From contig JAAOMT010000040.1 of assembly GCA_016748015.1 (NCBI GenBank), positions 372,001 to 436,000 of the forward strand: a stretch of DNA of 64,000 nt. The letters run 5' to 3'. The translations under genes and the position numbers were made by a program. The notes under the pieces were generated by a model, which saw nothing but the letters and a program-made list of their open reading frames with translations, was not told the origin of the DNA and ran no database searches. How positions within the stretch are numbered: position 1 is the first letter of the stretch; each line of letters begins with the position of its first letter. Below, piece after piece: positions 29,943 through 43,468 of the stretch. Source of the DNA: Geosiphon pyriformis uo1. Lineage: Eukaryota > Fungi > Glomeromycota.

Positions 29943-30294
29943 TTGAAATAGTCTATACACTTATGATATATTATAATTTGTAGTTATAATTATAGTAATC
30001 TATATTACCAGTTGAGCTAAAAAATGTTGTTAAATAATAACAAAAACTTATAGTAATACTGATTAAAAAAGCTTAAATTTAATAATTAAAACAAATAAAT
30101 ATTTAGCTATATAAAAAATGTATTATGTCTTGTAATAACTAATAATATTCAAAATACTATACTTTTAGTATACTACTGCTTAATAAAAATAATCAAAAAG
30201 AAATCGAATCTAAAAAACTCAAAATAAAAAAAACTGTCAACTATATCAATTTAGCTATTTAAAAATCAATTAACTTTACAGTTTGTATATTTTG

Positions 30295-30710
30295 ATAATA
30301 ATAGTCAAAGAATCAAGCCAAAAAAAATTCATAAATTTGATGCAAGATATGATTTACAATATTCTAAAAAAAATATTCTGGTCTTTTATTAAAGTTTTTA
30401 ACAAAATCAATCTTAAAATTGCTTTCAAAATTTAACAGAAACAATAATTCAAATTGCTTCTTAATTATTATTAACAAGCAAAAAAATTAATATTAAAAAA
30501 GAAGTAATTAACATAAAATATATAAAAAACTTTACTATTATGTTACAAAATAAAACCAATAAACTATTCAAAATTAAGCATACTAAAAAAATTTTTCAAG
30601 TTATTTATTTATCTTTAATCAATATTTTGGATTTATAATTAATTAATTAAAGAGAACAATTAAGCAAAAGTAATAAAAAAACATAAGATTTTAGTTTAAC
30701 TGGATAATTT
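30295..30710 (+). pseudogene. dUTPase relic within element A
   Basis: HKFDARYDLQY (motif I AGYDL), IQIAS*LLLTSKKINI (motif II RSSLA), VINIKY (motif III IDAGY), KIFQVIYL (motif IV), DFSLTG (motif V GFGSTG). Confidence 0.75.
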
Positions 30711-33700
30711 ACAGTTTTAGTTAATATTATTTTTAATACACAAAATAAATTTTACCAAATTTTTTAACTTTTTTAACCAGTTACTATTTTGCTATTTAGA
30801 AAATATTAGGAGATTTACATCTGTTTAAAATCAATTATTACTTAACAAATTTTCGAATCTAATAAGCAAATTTGCAAGAAACACAATATTTTAATTTCAA
30901 ATATTTATATTTCTAAAAAAATAAAAAAGTTTCAAGTTATATTTTATAATTCCAATAATTATCTCATTATTCTATTAAATAAACTAGAAATCAAAATTAT
31001 ATATAGTAATATTTTTTAGAAAAAAACTTTTTAAATTGTTTCTAATTTTATTAAAATTGTAAGACATATTTTTTTTTTAAACCCAAATATTATTTCCATT
31101 ACAAAAAATTATTATATTATTAAAGAAAAACTTTTTCGAATTAACATAAGTTTTTTAAAACAACAACAATAAAAACAGCTTAAATAGATAATTGTAAAAT
31201 ACACTAATATTTTCACTAAAGACAATAATAATCTAGGAAAAACAAATATTGTTTAGTATTAAATCTACATTGATAATACTAAACCCAAATACTAACAAGT
31301 CTACTAAATTTTTTTAGTTAGTCACCAGTTTATTAAAAAAAAGGTTTAACAAATACTAAACAATAGATTTATTTAACTATTAAAAAATCCATGGGTTTTA
31401 TTAGTTGTTTTAATCAAAAAAAATCAAAAAATCAGATTTTATATTGACTATTGTCAACTAAATAGTATTATTATTGAATATGTTTATCTTTTATCAAAAA
31501 TTAACAATATGTTAAATGCTCTAAAAAAAGCCAAGTATTTTTTAACTTTAGACTTAAAAAGTAAATACTGGCAAGTTAAAATAAATCTAAAAGACCACTT
31601 AAAAACAATATTTACTACCCAAAAAAGAAACTACAAATTTAACATAATATTTTTTAAACTTTACAATATATTTGCAACATTCTAATAACTTATAAATGTT
31701 GTTTATAAAGAATTTTTATGGCAATTAGTAGTTGTTTATTTCAACAATATTAATATTTACTTACTAATATTTAAAACTTATTTAATTCATCTGTAAAAAG
31801 TTTTTTAATAATTACAGAAAGCAAAATTGAAATTAAATATTGAAAAATGTTATTTTAGAAAAACAAACTTGATTTTTTTTGGTTATATTATTAATAAAAA
31901 TAGAGTTTTATCTAATCTAAAAACAACTAGTACTGTAAAAAATTTTTAAGTTTTTCAAAATATTATAGAATTAAAAAAATTTATAAGATTAGTCTTTTAT
32001 TATTAAAAATTCATCAAAAAATTTTCTGAAATTGCCAAACCATTCAATTATCTTATAAACAAAAATATTTAATACCAATAAACCACAAAATAACAAAAAG
32101 CTTTCAATATATTTTAAAAAAATAAATAACAACCTAATTTTTGCTTACTTTAACTTTAATAAATAATTTTAATTAATTATTGATGCTTTATACACAATAT
32201 TTAGTGTTATTCTATTACAATTAGATAACCAAAACAAATTACAACAACATTAAAAATTATTTAAAAACTTTTATTATGTTAAAAAATTGGTTTCTAAGCA
32301 AAAAATATTGATTATAACATCAAGTAAAACAATATTTTTTATACTATAACAAGATTTATTATTAAAATTGCAAGAACTCAACAAATTTCTTTAGATTAGT
32401 ACAACAAACTAAAAAAAAAACAATTCTATACAAATATATACAAATCTTTTATTAGCATATTTAAAAAAAATAATACAATCCAAAAAATATTTAAATATTA
32501 TTTTTGGTCTTTGATTTAATTATTACTATATTATTTTTAAGAGATTATTAAATATTATTGGAAGTTTTTAGTCTCTTTTTTTGAATATTATTAATGTTAT
32601 TTTACTGTTAATTTTTAATTAATAAAAGCTATTAAATCTCTAATAACTGAATTTATCTTCAAATTATCTCTTATAATTTAAACTACTAAACTTATAAGTA
32701 GAATAGCCAATTCCATGCCAGTTACTTATATAGTTACTTTACAATAAAAATTAACTTTTTTCAAGAAATACTTATTTAAAAGCTTACTAAAATGTATAGT
32801 TACTTTACTCTAAAAGTCAATTTTTTTACAAAAATTTTATCTATGAACTATCTTAATATGTATATTAAAAAAATAAAAGAAAATATAAAATATAAAAAAA
32901 ATTTTATTAAAAGAATTATTTTCTGTTTAAGTCTGAAATTACTAATAGATTACTAAAATTAATAGCTAATTAATTTCAAAATATTAGTTAAAATTTGGAA
33001 AATTTTAAGTAAAATAATTATAAATTGTTGTTTTTAATATAGTTTTTATTAAAATAATTTATATAGATACTAAGAAAGATATTTCTAATAAAAATAAATT
33101 TTAGCTGAAATATATTTTTTCGAAAAAAAGGCTTTTTTTTATACAACTTATTATAATATTAATTTCTAAACTTGAACTTTTTTTTTGCTATGATTTTAAC
33201 TAATTAAAAATATATTTTAACAAACTACAAATTGTTTTTACAAACTATAAATTATTTTAATGAACTATTAAAATATTTTATAAATTTTTACAAATTTTGG
33301 CAAATTTTTAACTATTATAAAGTTTGATGTTTTGCATAATCTGATCATTATTTTTGTGTATTATATAAATTAAATTATTAATTAAATAATAATATTTGAT
33401 AATTTGATTAATTAATAAATAATAATTAAAATAATAATAATATATATTAACTAATAATAGAAATTATAAAAATAATTTTATAGTTTTTGAGTTTTCTAAT
33501 TTAAATTTGCATTGGTTTTAAGAAGCCAATCATTTTTAATAAGAGCTTAGTATTAAGATATATTCATAATTAGAACTTTAATTAAAATAATAATTCTATT
33601 GATTGTAAATGAAAAATTGTTAATTTTTTCTATTGGTGTTTTTTTCATATTATCTGCTGTAATAATAACTGTTTAAACAGATTTGTTAATATTTTATTAT

Positions 33701-34996
33701 AGCTGTTATATTAATTAGTATGTAATAATGCTTTTAGTAGATCTATTATTTAAAATTAACTAAATTGGTTTTTTTTAACTTTAATTTTTATGTACATAGC
33801 TGTAATTGTTTTTTGTTCTATAATGACTGTATTACTAAGCAAAAATAGTGATTTATTTGCTTCAAATTCGAATAGAAATATATTTGAAAGATTAGCATTT
33901 TGGACAATTCTAATTAATAAAATTGTATTATTGAAAAAGTTTTGTTTTAAAGCTGTAACTTTACTTTTAGAAAGTGCAGTTTGCTAAAAATCTAATTTTT
34001 TTGACATTGTAAGATAGCTGAATTGAATGTGATAATGTATAAATTCTTGCTGAAATAAATTTTGGAGAACTATTTAATTATTGAAATTAAATCTGTTGTT
34101 ATTTATTGCAAATTAATTTTGAGGTGTAAATTGGTTTTGTTGAACCAATTTTCAAACAAATACTTAATATTACTAAACTAATGATTGTGAATATTGTTGT
34201 TGAATAAGTTGTGAAACAGATTAATAATAATTGTTCTAGTGTTAAGATCTTGGTGAATAATAAGTTGAAGATTAATAATAGAATTGTTAAAATTAAAAAT
34301 AATGTTAATTATTCCTTAATTATTGGTTTTTTTGCATTTTTGGCAATTTTGTTTTTAGTGTTTTGAAATTTCACAATAATAATAGCTTTAAGATTGGCTG
34401 TTTGATAAAAATAAATAGTTATTTTGATTATATTATTAAAATAGCTAATATCTTTGTTGTTATTGCTATTGTTAATTAATAAAATAGTTTTTAACTTTTT
34501 TGGTTAGTTAGATAATCTTTTTTTTAGCTGCTAAGCTGGTTTTTCTAATGGCCAGATTAACAAATTTTGTATAGTTGACTATTTTTATAGCCATTTTGTA
34601 GTTTTTCACATGTCAAATTACTGTAACTAAATCTATTAAAACATAAAAACAAATTTTCTTGATTAATTTATCCTTTAATCTAGTAATAAATTGGTTCAAA
34701 ATTTGAGCATTAAAATAATACTTATTAGTTTTTAATTATTAAATTTATCAGAAAAGTTTTTTAAACTTCTCAAAATCAGTTATAACAGATTTAAAAAGTT
34801 CTTGTTTAATGTTTTAAAACCAATTTTGAAATGTAATAGAAGATATTATTGTTAATAAATTGTTCCAGGAAAGCATTTTTGAATGCTTGTCAGTTTTTAA
34901 AAAATTTGTCCAAGTTTTCAAACTATTTATTTGCAATTCTTTAAAGAAAATAAGGAATAACTTTAAATATTTTTATGCTATTTTATCTATTTGCAT

Positions 34997-35835
34997 TGTT
35001 ACTTATAGAAAGTATATTAGCACATAAATTAGCCAATCAGAAGTAGCTGTAATAAATATGGAATTCCAGAATTCTTCTCAAGAAGAATTGCAGGATTCCA
35101 GAAATTCGAGAATTCTCATACAAGAAATTGCAGGATTCCAGAATTCCAGGATTTTTCTTAAAAAGAATTGTAAGATTTCAGAAATTTCAGAATTCCTGGT
35201 ATGAAAAATTAAGAAATTGAGGAATCTCAATTATGTATATATAGCAGTAACATTAGAAGTAGAAAAAACAAACCTCTCAGTTTAGATTTGATCTAAGCAA
35301 TCTTCTAATTTACAAATATCAATAAATAATTATTCTCTATCTCAAATCTACTCTCCACTATCAACACTTCATGTTGATAGTAATTAATACCTAACCACAC
35401 TAGAACAATAGCTCTTGATCACGGTTATTGATAGGATACTAACCATTATTGCCTTAGCTTATTTCTTATTTCTTATTTCTTTTATTTTATTTTTTTTTTG
35501 TTGTTATTACTAATTGATTAAAGGATTAAGTACTGAGATACAGACATCATAGAAACTGGTAAAAAACCCATGAAACAAGAGTAGAACACTTATAGATTTG
35601 AGGATAGCTTACCAGAAAGATTACCAGCCACCATGCTAAGAAAAAAATTTGACGGAATTGCAATTCTGAGAGGCTATTGAAACAATTATTAAAATCTCTA
35701 TCTATTATACAAAGGACTCTACAACAAAAACCTTCAGATCAACCAAACCTTCAGATACCAACAGCAGAATATCAATCAGGCACCAAGTTACGGATTTGTT
35801 ATTTAATTTGAGACCCCAAATAATCATCTGTAACA
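34997..35835 (+). repeat. 5' LTR
   Basis: TGTTAC...GTAACA; CCAAT box at ~35033; tandem GGA(A)TTCCAG-like 9-mers at ~35058-35200; TATATATAG at ~35237. Confidence 0.95.
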
Positions 35836-35837
35836 TT

Positions 35838-35853
35838 TGGTGCTTCCTGTGAG
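35838..35853 (+). promoter_or_regulatory. Primer binding site TGGTGCTTCCTGTGAG
   Basis: Lies 2 nt after the LTR end and begins TGG (complement of the tRNA CCA). Confidence 0.85.
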
Positions 35854-35917
35854 ATATAATTCTACAGAGAACCAGCACTAACAACAACTATCTAAACAGT
35901 AGCAGAATCCAAAAAAA

Positions 35918-38900
35918 TAGAAACAAACCATTTAGGATTTGCAAAATTCTTATTCCAACATTATCACACTCATCTTGGATTAACAAATAATAGTTGGCCA
36001 ACAGAATCAGCTTTCAATTGTTACATTAATAAGAGAATTGTATACCATTTAGAAGGCCAAAAAGATCCAGAATTCACTTTCAACAATTTTTTCAGTGAAC
36101 TACTCCAAAGCACTACCCTTCTGCAAAACTATTTATTTACACCATTAATCACAGAAATAAACAGAGAAATTAAAAAATACACCAAACAAAAATTTCTTAT
36201 CACATTTGCTAATAAAAAAAAAAGAAAACTACAAACACTAACAGGAACCTCAAAGCAAATCCAACTACCCACTTGGAAGAAACAAAGATTTGATTCACCA
36301 GCCAATCTATCATATCATTACATACCTGGAAGCACTATCAATATAACATCAACAGACACGTCCACCACAAACATGACAATACTATTGAACAAGATTCTAT
36401 TCTAAAATAAACAAAAGAAAACAGAATTACTAGGAACATATAGTAATTACTTTGAGGAATTTAAATCACGATTCCCAATGCCATCAGAAATTTGATTACC
36501 ACTACCACAACCAGATTTTGGAGCCATTAGTTCTTGGAAAATAACTGACTTTAAAAAAGAAGAAGAAGATAAGAATCAGGAAAATAGTAACCAAAACATG
36601 ATTCTAGAAAAACCAGAAATTGGAATTCCAGTTAATCAAACCCCAAAAAACCAGAACAATCAAAATCCTGACATTAATAATTAACAACACTTATCTTCAG
36701 TAATCATGATCAATCTATTACTAGCTCTACCAATTGATGAACAGCAACAGCAATAGCTACAACCACCACAACAGCAACAACTACAACAACAACCACAACC
36801 ATAATCACAACTACCATTAGTACCAATGGCATATGCACTCATCACCAAAATTGAGAAATTTTCTGGCAAAAAGGATGATGCTCAAATGTGGATCAACAAC
36901 ATTACCAAAGCCATTACTGCCAATAATTGGGATAATGTTAGAGCCCTTTAAGCAATTTTTTATTTTCTTCAGGATGCCACCAACTCGTGATATTATAGCC
37001 TAGCTCAGAAACTCCAGACATTCAATGGATTTAAATTGGAATTTTTAAGATATTTTAGTAATAGCAATAGCATTAACCACTTAGCCAATACTTTTACCAT
37101 AATTAAACAAGAAAACACTGAAGCAGTTATCACTTATTTGGGATGTTTCCATTGAAATCTGTGCCAAATACAAGCTATTGATGCTGATTATTTCACCACA
37201 GCCCAGATCCTGAATCAGTTTATTCATGAATTGCACAGTAGCATTTTGTAATACATATGTCCAATGCATCCAAAAACTCTTCAAGATGCAGTTACCAATG
37301 CACAAAATTTCGAATTTGCTGAATTCAAAGCTAACCACACTCAAGCCATCAATTTAGTAATGAACAGATTATCTGAATTGAATTCTAAGCTGAAACAATT
37401 CAGTAATTCCATTGACAAAAAATTGGAAGGATACTTAGCTAACAATCAGGCAATTTATTAACCTCCACAATGATACAACAATCAAGGAACCACAAATCAT
37501 TTCCAGAATCAGTCATGTCCATTATCTTCTACTAATCAACAGTGGCAATAGAAAATACATGTTTGCTACTACTGTAGTAAACAAGGATATTTGAGAATTA
37601 ACTGCAGATCAAGAATAGATAACCAACAATTGGAAAATCAATTTCAAAATCTTGATCACCGATTTCAAACTCCGAATTATTAATCAAACTCAGAACTATA
37701 TCAACCAAATTACATACCTATAATGCAACAACAAATTTATTACCCACCAATTTATCAGTCAACAACACTCATCATTTATTAACTGCAGTCCCAACTCATT
37801 TATCAGCTGCAGTCTCAGGTAATTTATCAGCCCAACAAATTCAAACACCACTTCAGAACTTATCTCAAAACAGAACCCAAAAGCCAAGACTGACACAACA
37901 AAGCTGAAGATTATCAATAGTAGTTCATCAACTGATTCCCAGTTCCTCTATGCAACCATCAAGATTTTGACAACAGAATCTAGGAACTGAATACACCCAA
38001 AACCCAAATTCTCAGAACTATTTAAGTCTCTTGGTCACCCCAGAAGACACCACATCCAACAAACCAGAAGCCAACCAAAAGCCACTTATCAACAATATTC
38101 TGCCAGCAACCATTATGGAGGACAAATCATTTGTTGCTATTTTTTCATTTGAACTCGAGGAACCAGTTAAAATGCTGCTATTCAGTAGAGCTGCCCTAAA
38201 ATCAAAACCCATTACTGCAATGTATACAGATGCTAAAGTTGATAAGCAATATATAAAACTGATTCTAGACAGTAGATTAGCTGGTAGTATCATCACAAAA
38301 CAACTTATAAACCAATTAGATTGTCAAGTTGATTGTACTGTGAGCACCAAAATTATAACAGCTGATGAAGCAACCAAAACTCTGATCAGCAAGATAGACA
38401 ACTTATTTATTGAAATTAATAGCATCATCATATTTATCAAAGTTCTTGTAATGGAAGCAACCTAGTACTAAGCACTTGTTGGTAATGACTGGCTGTCCAA
38501 AACCAATGTGACACTCGACTGGACCATACAAGAACTACACCTTAGCCAGAATGGTTAATACACATATGTACTAGCCACGTGTGGCCACTTCAAGACTATT
38601 ACCCCACTAGTACCATTGATCAAATTCGAGAAAAAAAAGAAGAAACCTATCTGGGAAGCCTACCAAGTGTTCTGGGCCAATGAAGATCACAACAAGCTAC
38701 TACTAATACTCTCTTGGGACGACAAAAAAGAAAGTGAAAGAAAAAATTTATCTGAAATGCCGACCAAGCCTGGGGAACTAACAATAATCAAAATGAATTA
38801 ACAACAACTTGGAAGTGGAAAGAAGATAACAATAAAGAAAAAGAAAAAGAGAAAAAAAATCCAATATCAACCACCACTTATAGCCTATATGCTTACTCTT

Positions 38901-41900
38901 TACCACAGCCATCTAACTATTGCCAACCAAAATTGGTATGCATAGATTGTGGTAAAAAATTGTTGTCAATGAGCACATGCTGTAGTAACAACGAGGAATA
39001 CTCCACAGCAACAAAGTTATATTGTTAGCCATGCATTATAGAACAGTTTGAACACCCAAAAAAACAAGGAAAATGGGATAATGAATCTTGTCTTATATGT
39101 AGAACTATTTTACTTGATGAAGGAATGTGAAATGACATTTCTGGGTGAGGAGGAACATGCAACAAGACATGCCAATATACTATCCTAATAAATGACTGGG
39201 TATGCAAAGAAACTCCAATGATGATGCCTGGAAAAGAGCGTTGTGATGGTTAGAAGGATATCTTTATGACGAACATAAAATCTGGAGAATGGCAAGTGCA
39301 AAAGCAGAAGACACCACTACTAGCAAGTTATTAGAAATTAAGAATAACCCACTTTTACTGCCTGAATCTGAATATGTCCCCACCTTTGATATCTTTGACA
39401 ATATTAAAGATGATCTAAAAGAATTCTACAAATATTACCAGTTATTAGCACCCACTAGAGAAGAACAAAAGCAGTGTTTAGAGCAGTTGAATACTCGATT
39501 ATATCAATACTGCTTAATTTCCTGTGACTTCTAGTATTGTAATGAGTGTGATCTCATTTACAATCCACCATCACACATAATCTACATGATTCCAGAAGAA
39601 GATGAACCAATCAGCAGCTGTGCATTAGAATCAGAACCAACTTCCAATCCCAATTCAAACTTTGACAATAATAATGACAATGAAAACAATGGTTCTAGCT
39701 CTACTCAATATGGCAATAAAAATAATAGCAATTCAAACTCTAAACAATACATTGCACTTCCTAATCTCAACAAAGAGCAAGAACTGAAATGGTTCAGCAA
39801 TAATAATGAAGGTATTATGCTAGAACATGTGCATAATACTGATGTAGAGTTTGATCTAAGATATCTAAGAAAAGATCCCATCAAATTGGAACCTCATTTA
39901 CGCATCTGTATTGATCTCAAAATAGTATTGAAAATTTCAATGACAACAATAGTTCAGTTAGCATCTAGGAGTAGCTTAGCCAAAAAGGGAATCAATATCA
40001 GAGGAGGAATAATTGACACAGAATACATAGAAAATATCATTGTTATGCTATAAAATAACTCAGAAAAGACATATATTATAGATCTAAACAAAAAGATAGC
40101 ACAAGCAATATTCCTGTCTCTGGTTAAAATAGCTCAATTAGTATTAGTGGGAAATAGGGAAGAATTAGGGATAACAACAAGAGGAATACAAAGATTTGAA
40201 TCAACAAATAGAATAGATATACCAGTTAATATGACAGAAGAAAAGATTATTGACCAGGGAGAAATTATCTCTACCTATTAATCAATTTCCATTCTATTAT
40301 ATGACCAGTATATATTAACCATAAAAAGAGAAGTAAAGGATCAAGTTCAGTTGTTTGAAGCAAAAGCCACCATCTGCAAATCAGAAAAAATTGGACTCAC
40401 TAATTTTTACATACCCCAAAAACATTAAAATTCTCATCTACAACACAACTGAAAATATCATCAAGATACCAAAAGAAATCATTATTAAATACTTAACCAC
40501 TGAAGTTGAGGATCAACCACCAAATAACATTCCAGATTTTCCACAGCATTGTGGATATGTGGATATCACATCACAAACTATTTATGGACAAAACAAATAT
40601 TATCTGCTTTAACCAGAACAATTGGAACAGATGAACATAGGGAATCTAGACCCATTCCAACAGATGCAATTAAAGATGTTACTCAATAATTTTAGTGATA
40701 TCTTTGTTAGTGAAAATGAATTTGGCTGCACCAATATTATCCAGCATCAGATCAAGACTGGAAATGCAATGCTATTCAAACAAAAAACATATCAAGTACC
40801 ACCAGCCAGCCATGAAATCATCTGTCAAGAAATCAATCAGATGTTAGACAATGGGCTAATTCAGCTATTGATGAGTTCATAGTCATTACCAGTGGTACTA
40901 GTTCAAAAAAAAATGGGAAGATTTGCTTTTGTGTAGACTATAGAAAGCTCAATAGTGTTATTTATAGAAATAGTTATCCAACTCTACAAATTCAGAAGTT
41001 ATTTAATGCTTTTGGAGGAAAGAAATAGTTTTCAACACTGGATTTAGATAGTAGTTATTGACAAGTAGCCATAGATCCAGCTGACAAAGAGAAAACAGCA
41101 TTTACCACAAAAGCGAGAAATTTTGAGTTCAAAGTAATGCCATTTGGATTGATAAATGTTTCAGCAACATTCCAACAGTTCATAAAAGTTGTATATACTG
41201 AACTACTGTAAAAATCAGTAGTTGTCTATTTAGACAACACCAATGTGTTCTTCAAAACATTTGATGATTATCTATATCATCTCTAACAAGTATTTGAAAG
41301 ATTCAGACAAGCAGGATTGAAATTAAATGCAAACAAATGCTTCTTTGGCAAAATGAAACTCAAGTTTTTGGGACATGTTGTAAGCAAAGATGGTATCAAA
41401 ATGAATCCAAATAAGATAGAAATTGTTAAGAACTTTTTAGTACCAAATAATCTCACAAAATTAAGAGCATTCTTGGGATTTGCTGGATACTATTGCTGTT
41501 TTATTAAAGACTTTTCTAAAATAGCTCAACCACTACACCAACTCCAAACAAAAAACACCAAATATAAATGAACTGAAACTCAACAAGAGGCTTTTAATAC
41601 ATTAAGAAGAAAACTTATTTAAGCCCCAATACTGATCTATCCAGACCATAGCAAGCCATTCATAATCACAACCAATACATTTGGTCAAGCATTGGAAGCA
41701 GTACTATTGCAGAAAGGACCAGATGGAAGAAAACATCCAGTAGCATACACTAGTAAAAGCTTAAGTTCAGCAGAAAAGAACTATGGAACACCAGCATTAG
41801 AACACTTAGCAATCTATTGGGCAGTTATCAAATGGAAGAAATATTTAAGTCAGAAGTTTGATGTATATACTAATCACAAGGAATTGACTTCAATCCAGAA

Positions 41901-43370
41901 ACAAGAATTTGCAGATAATTGTCATGCTAGATAGAAAATAGAACTTTTACTATTCAATTATACAGTATCTTACAAAAAAAGAAAAAAAAATGGAAATGCT
42001 GATGGTCTGTTACAAATAAGACAAATCTAAAAACATTTTAACACAAAAATATAACAAAAAATGAATATACAAAAATACTAACAACTCCAACATTATATAA
42101 ATACTCAATTGTTCAAGGAGAAATTATCTCCAAAGAAACAAAACAACATAAAACAACAATCAAAATATTTTATTAATTACCAAAATATACTTTACTAGAA
42201 AAACAGAAAGAATTCAGATCAACCAACCAGAGTAATCACAGAACCAGAGAAAGAGACAATATTGTTCAACATGCACTCAGATTCAACAGTAGGACATTTT
42301 CATAAAGAAGCAACCATAGAAAAAACCAGACAAAAATACTATTGGCTATTAATATATCTAGATATCATCCAATATGTTCAAAATTGTAATACTTGTCAAA
42401 GAAGAGGAAAAACAAAACCCAGTGAACCACTAAGATCAATTAAAATAAAACAACCATTTGATTGCATTGGAATTGATTTAGTCGGACCATTAACAATAAC
42501 CAGCAGAGGCAACAGATATATTGCAGTAGCCATAAATTATCTTATTAAATGGCCAAAAACAAAAGCCATTCAAAGAGCAGATGCAAAATCCATTGCTGAA
42601 TTTGTTTATCAAGATTTGATATGTCAACATGAATGTTTAAAAGAACTACTATTAGATTAAAGAACTCACTTTGTAAATAGAACATTGGCAGAATTAAGTC
42701 AAAAATTTGGGATAAAAAGAGCATTATTATTATTATACCATCCACAAACAAATGAGTTAGTTGAAAGATTTAACAGAACATTGTGTGAAGCCATTGCTAA
42801 AATCGGCCAAAAAAACCAGAACAAATGGGATTTGATTATACCATCAGTATTATTTGCTTATCAAACAATAAAGCAAGACACTACACAAGTAACACCATTC
42901 GAATTAGTATATGGTAGAACAGCAACATTACCAGTTAAGATAGAAGTAAAGACATATCCAACAAAACCAATAACAGAAGAGAATTTTCAAAGAACATTAT
43001 TAAAAAGAACATATAACTTAATGGAGACACTAGAAAACAAATGGCAAAAAGCAGCTGATAACATCCAAAAGTCACAAAAGAAACAAAAAGTAAGACATGA
43101 TAACCAACTACTAAATAAAACCAGTTAAATTCAAGATTGGAAACAAAGTACTTCTACATTGTACCAAAGTGGAAAAACAATGGAGTGGAAAATTTGACCC
43201 CAAATGGGACAGGCCATTTCACATAGAAAAAAGTATTGGAAATGAAGCTTATAAATTAAGATGAGACAACAAAATTTTAGCCAAAGCAGCATATGGTAAT
43301 TGATTGAAACCATACTACCATATAGTGTTACCATCCACCAGTAATATTCCACAATTAAGAGTACAGTGAA
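35918..43370 (+). pseudogene. gag-pol polyprotein relic
   Basis: gag (KIEKFSG..AQMWIN); knuckle CYYCSKQGYLRINC at ~37564; PR ILDSRLAGSII at ~38265; RT (FCVDYRKLN, VMPFGL, VYLDNT); RNase H (PVAYTSKSLSSAEKNY, VYTNH); IN (GHFH..CNTCQ, IGIDLVGP, YHPQTNELVERFNRTL, WDRPF from GPF). Start approximate. Confidence 0.9.
39790..40212 (+). pseudogene. dUTPase domain between protease and RT
   Basis: HNTDVEFDLRY (I), QLASRSSLAKKGI (II), GGIIDTEYIENI (III), KKIAQAIF (IV), RGIQRFESTN (V, from RGxxGFGSTG). Confidence 0.88.
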
Positions 43371-43468
43371 TACTAGTCCAACCAGATAAGATTTCACAAG
43401 ATCTGGAACCAATCATAATCATTGAACCAAACACATAAAATTACATAATAAAAAAAGTATAAAAAAAC

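Larger units (their letters stand above)
21701..33482 (-). mobile_element. Old Gypsy element A (minus strand), with an inverted gag-pol segment and two solo-LTR insertions
   Basis: 3' LTR at 21701-22629 with PPT relic at 22630-22645. Extra 3' ORF and integrase core on the minus strand (22650-25541). gag-PR-Cys-rich-dUTPase-RT-IN(HH half) on the plus strand (25542-32511). Truncated 5' LTR at 32553-33482. Confidence 0.8.

Noticed and set aside
42028-42063. Integrase apparently a separate ORF with its own ATG at 42061
   Set aside because: The ATG is in frame with RNase H, and the two intervening TAA codons are plausibly CAA>TAA mutations. A consensus is needed to decide.
43130-43440. Chromodomain at the integrase C-terminus
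   Set aside because: Only the GPF/SH3-like module is seen; no chromodomain aromatic-cage motif.
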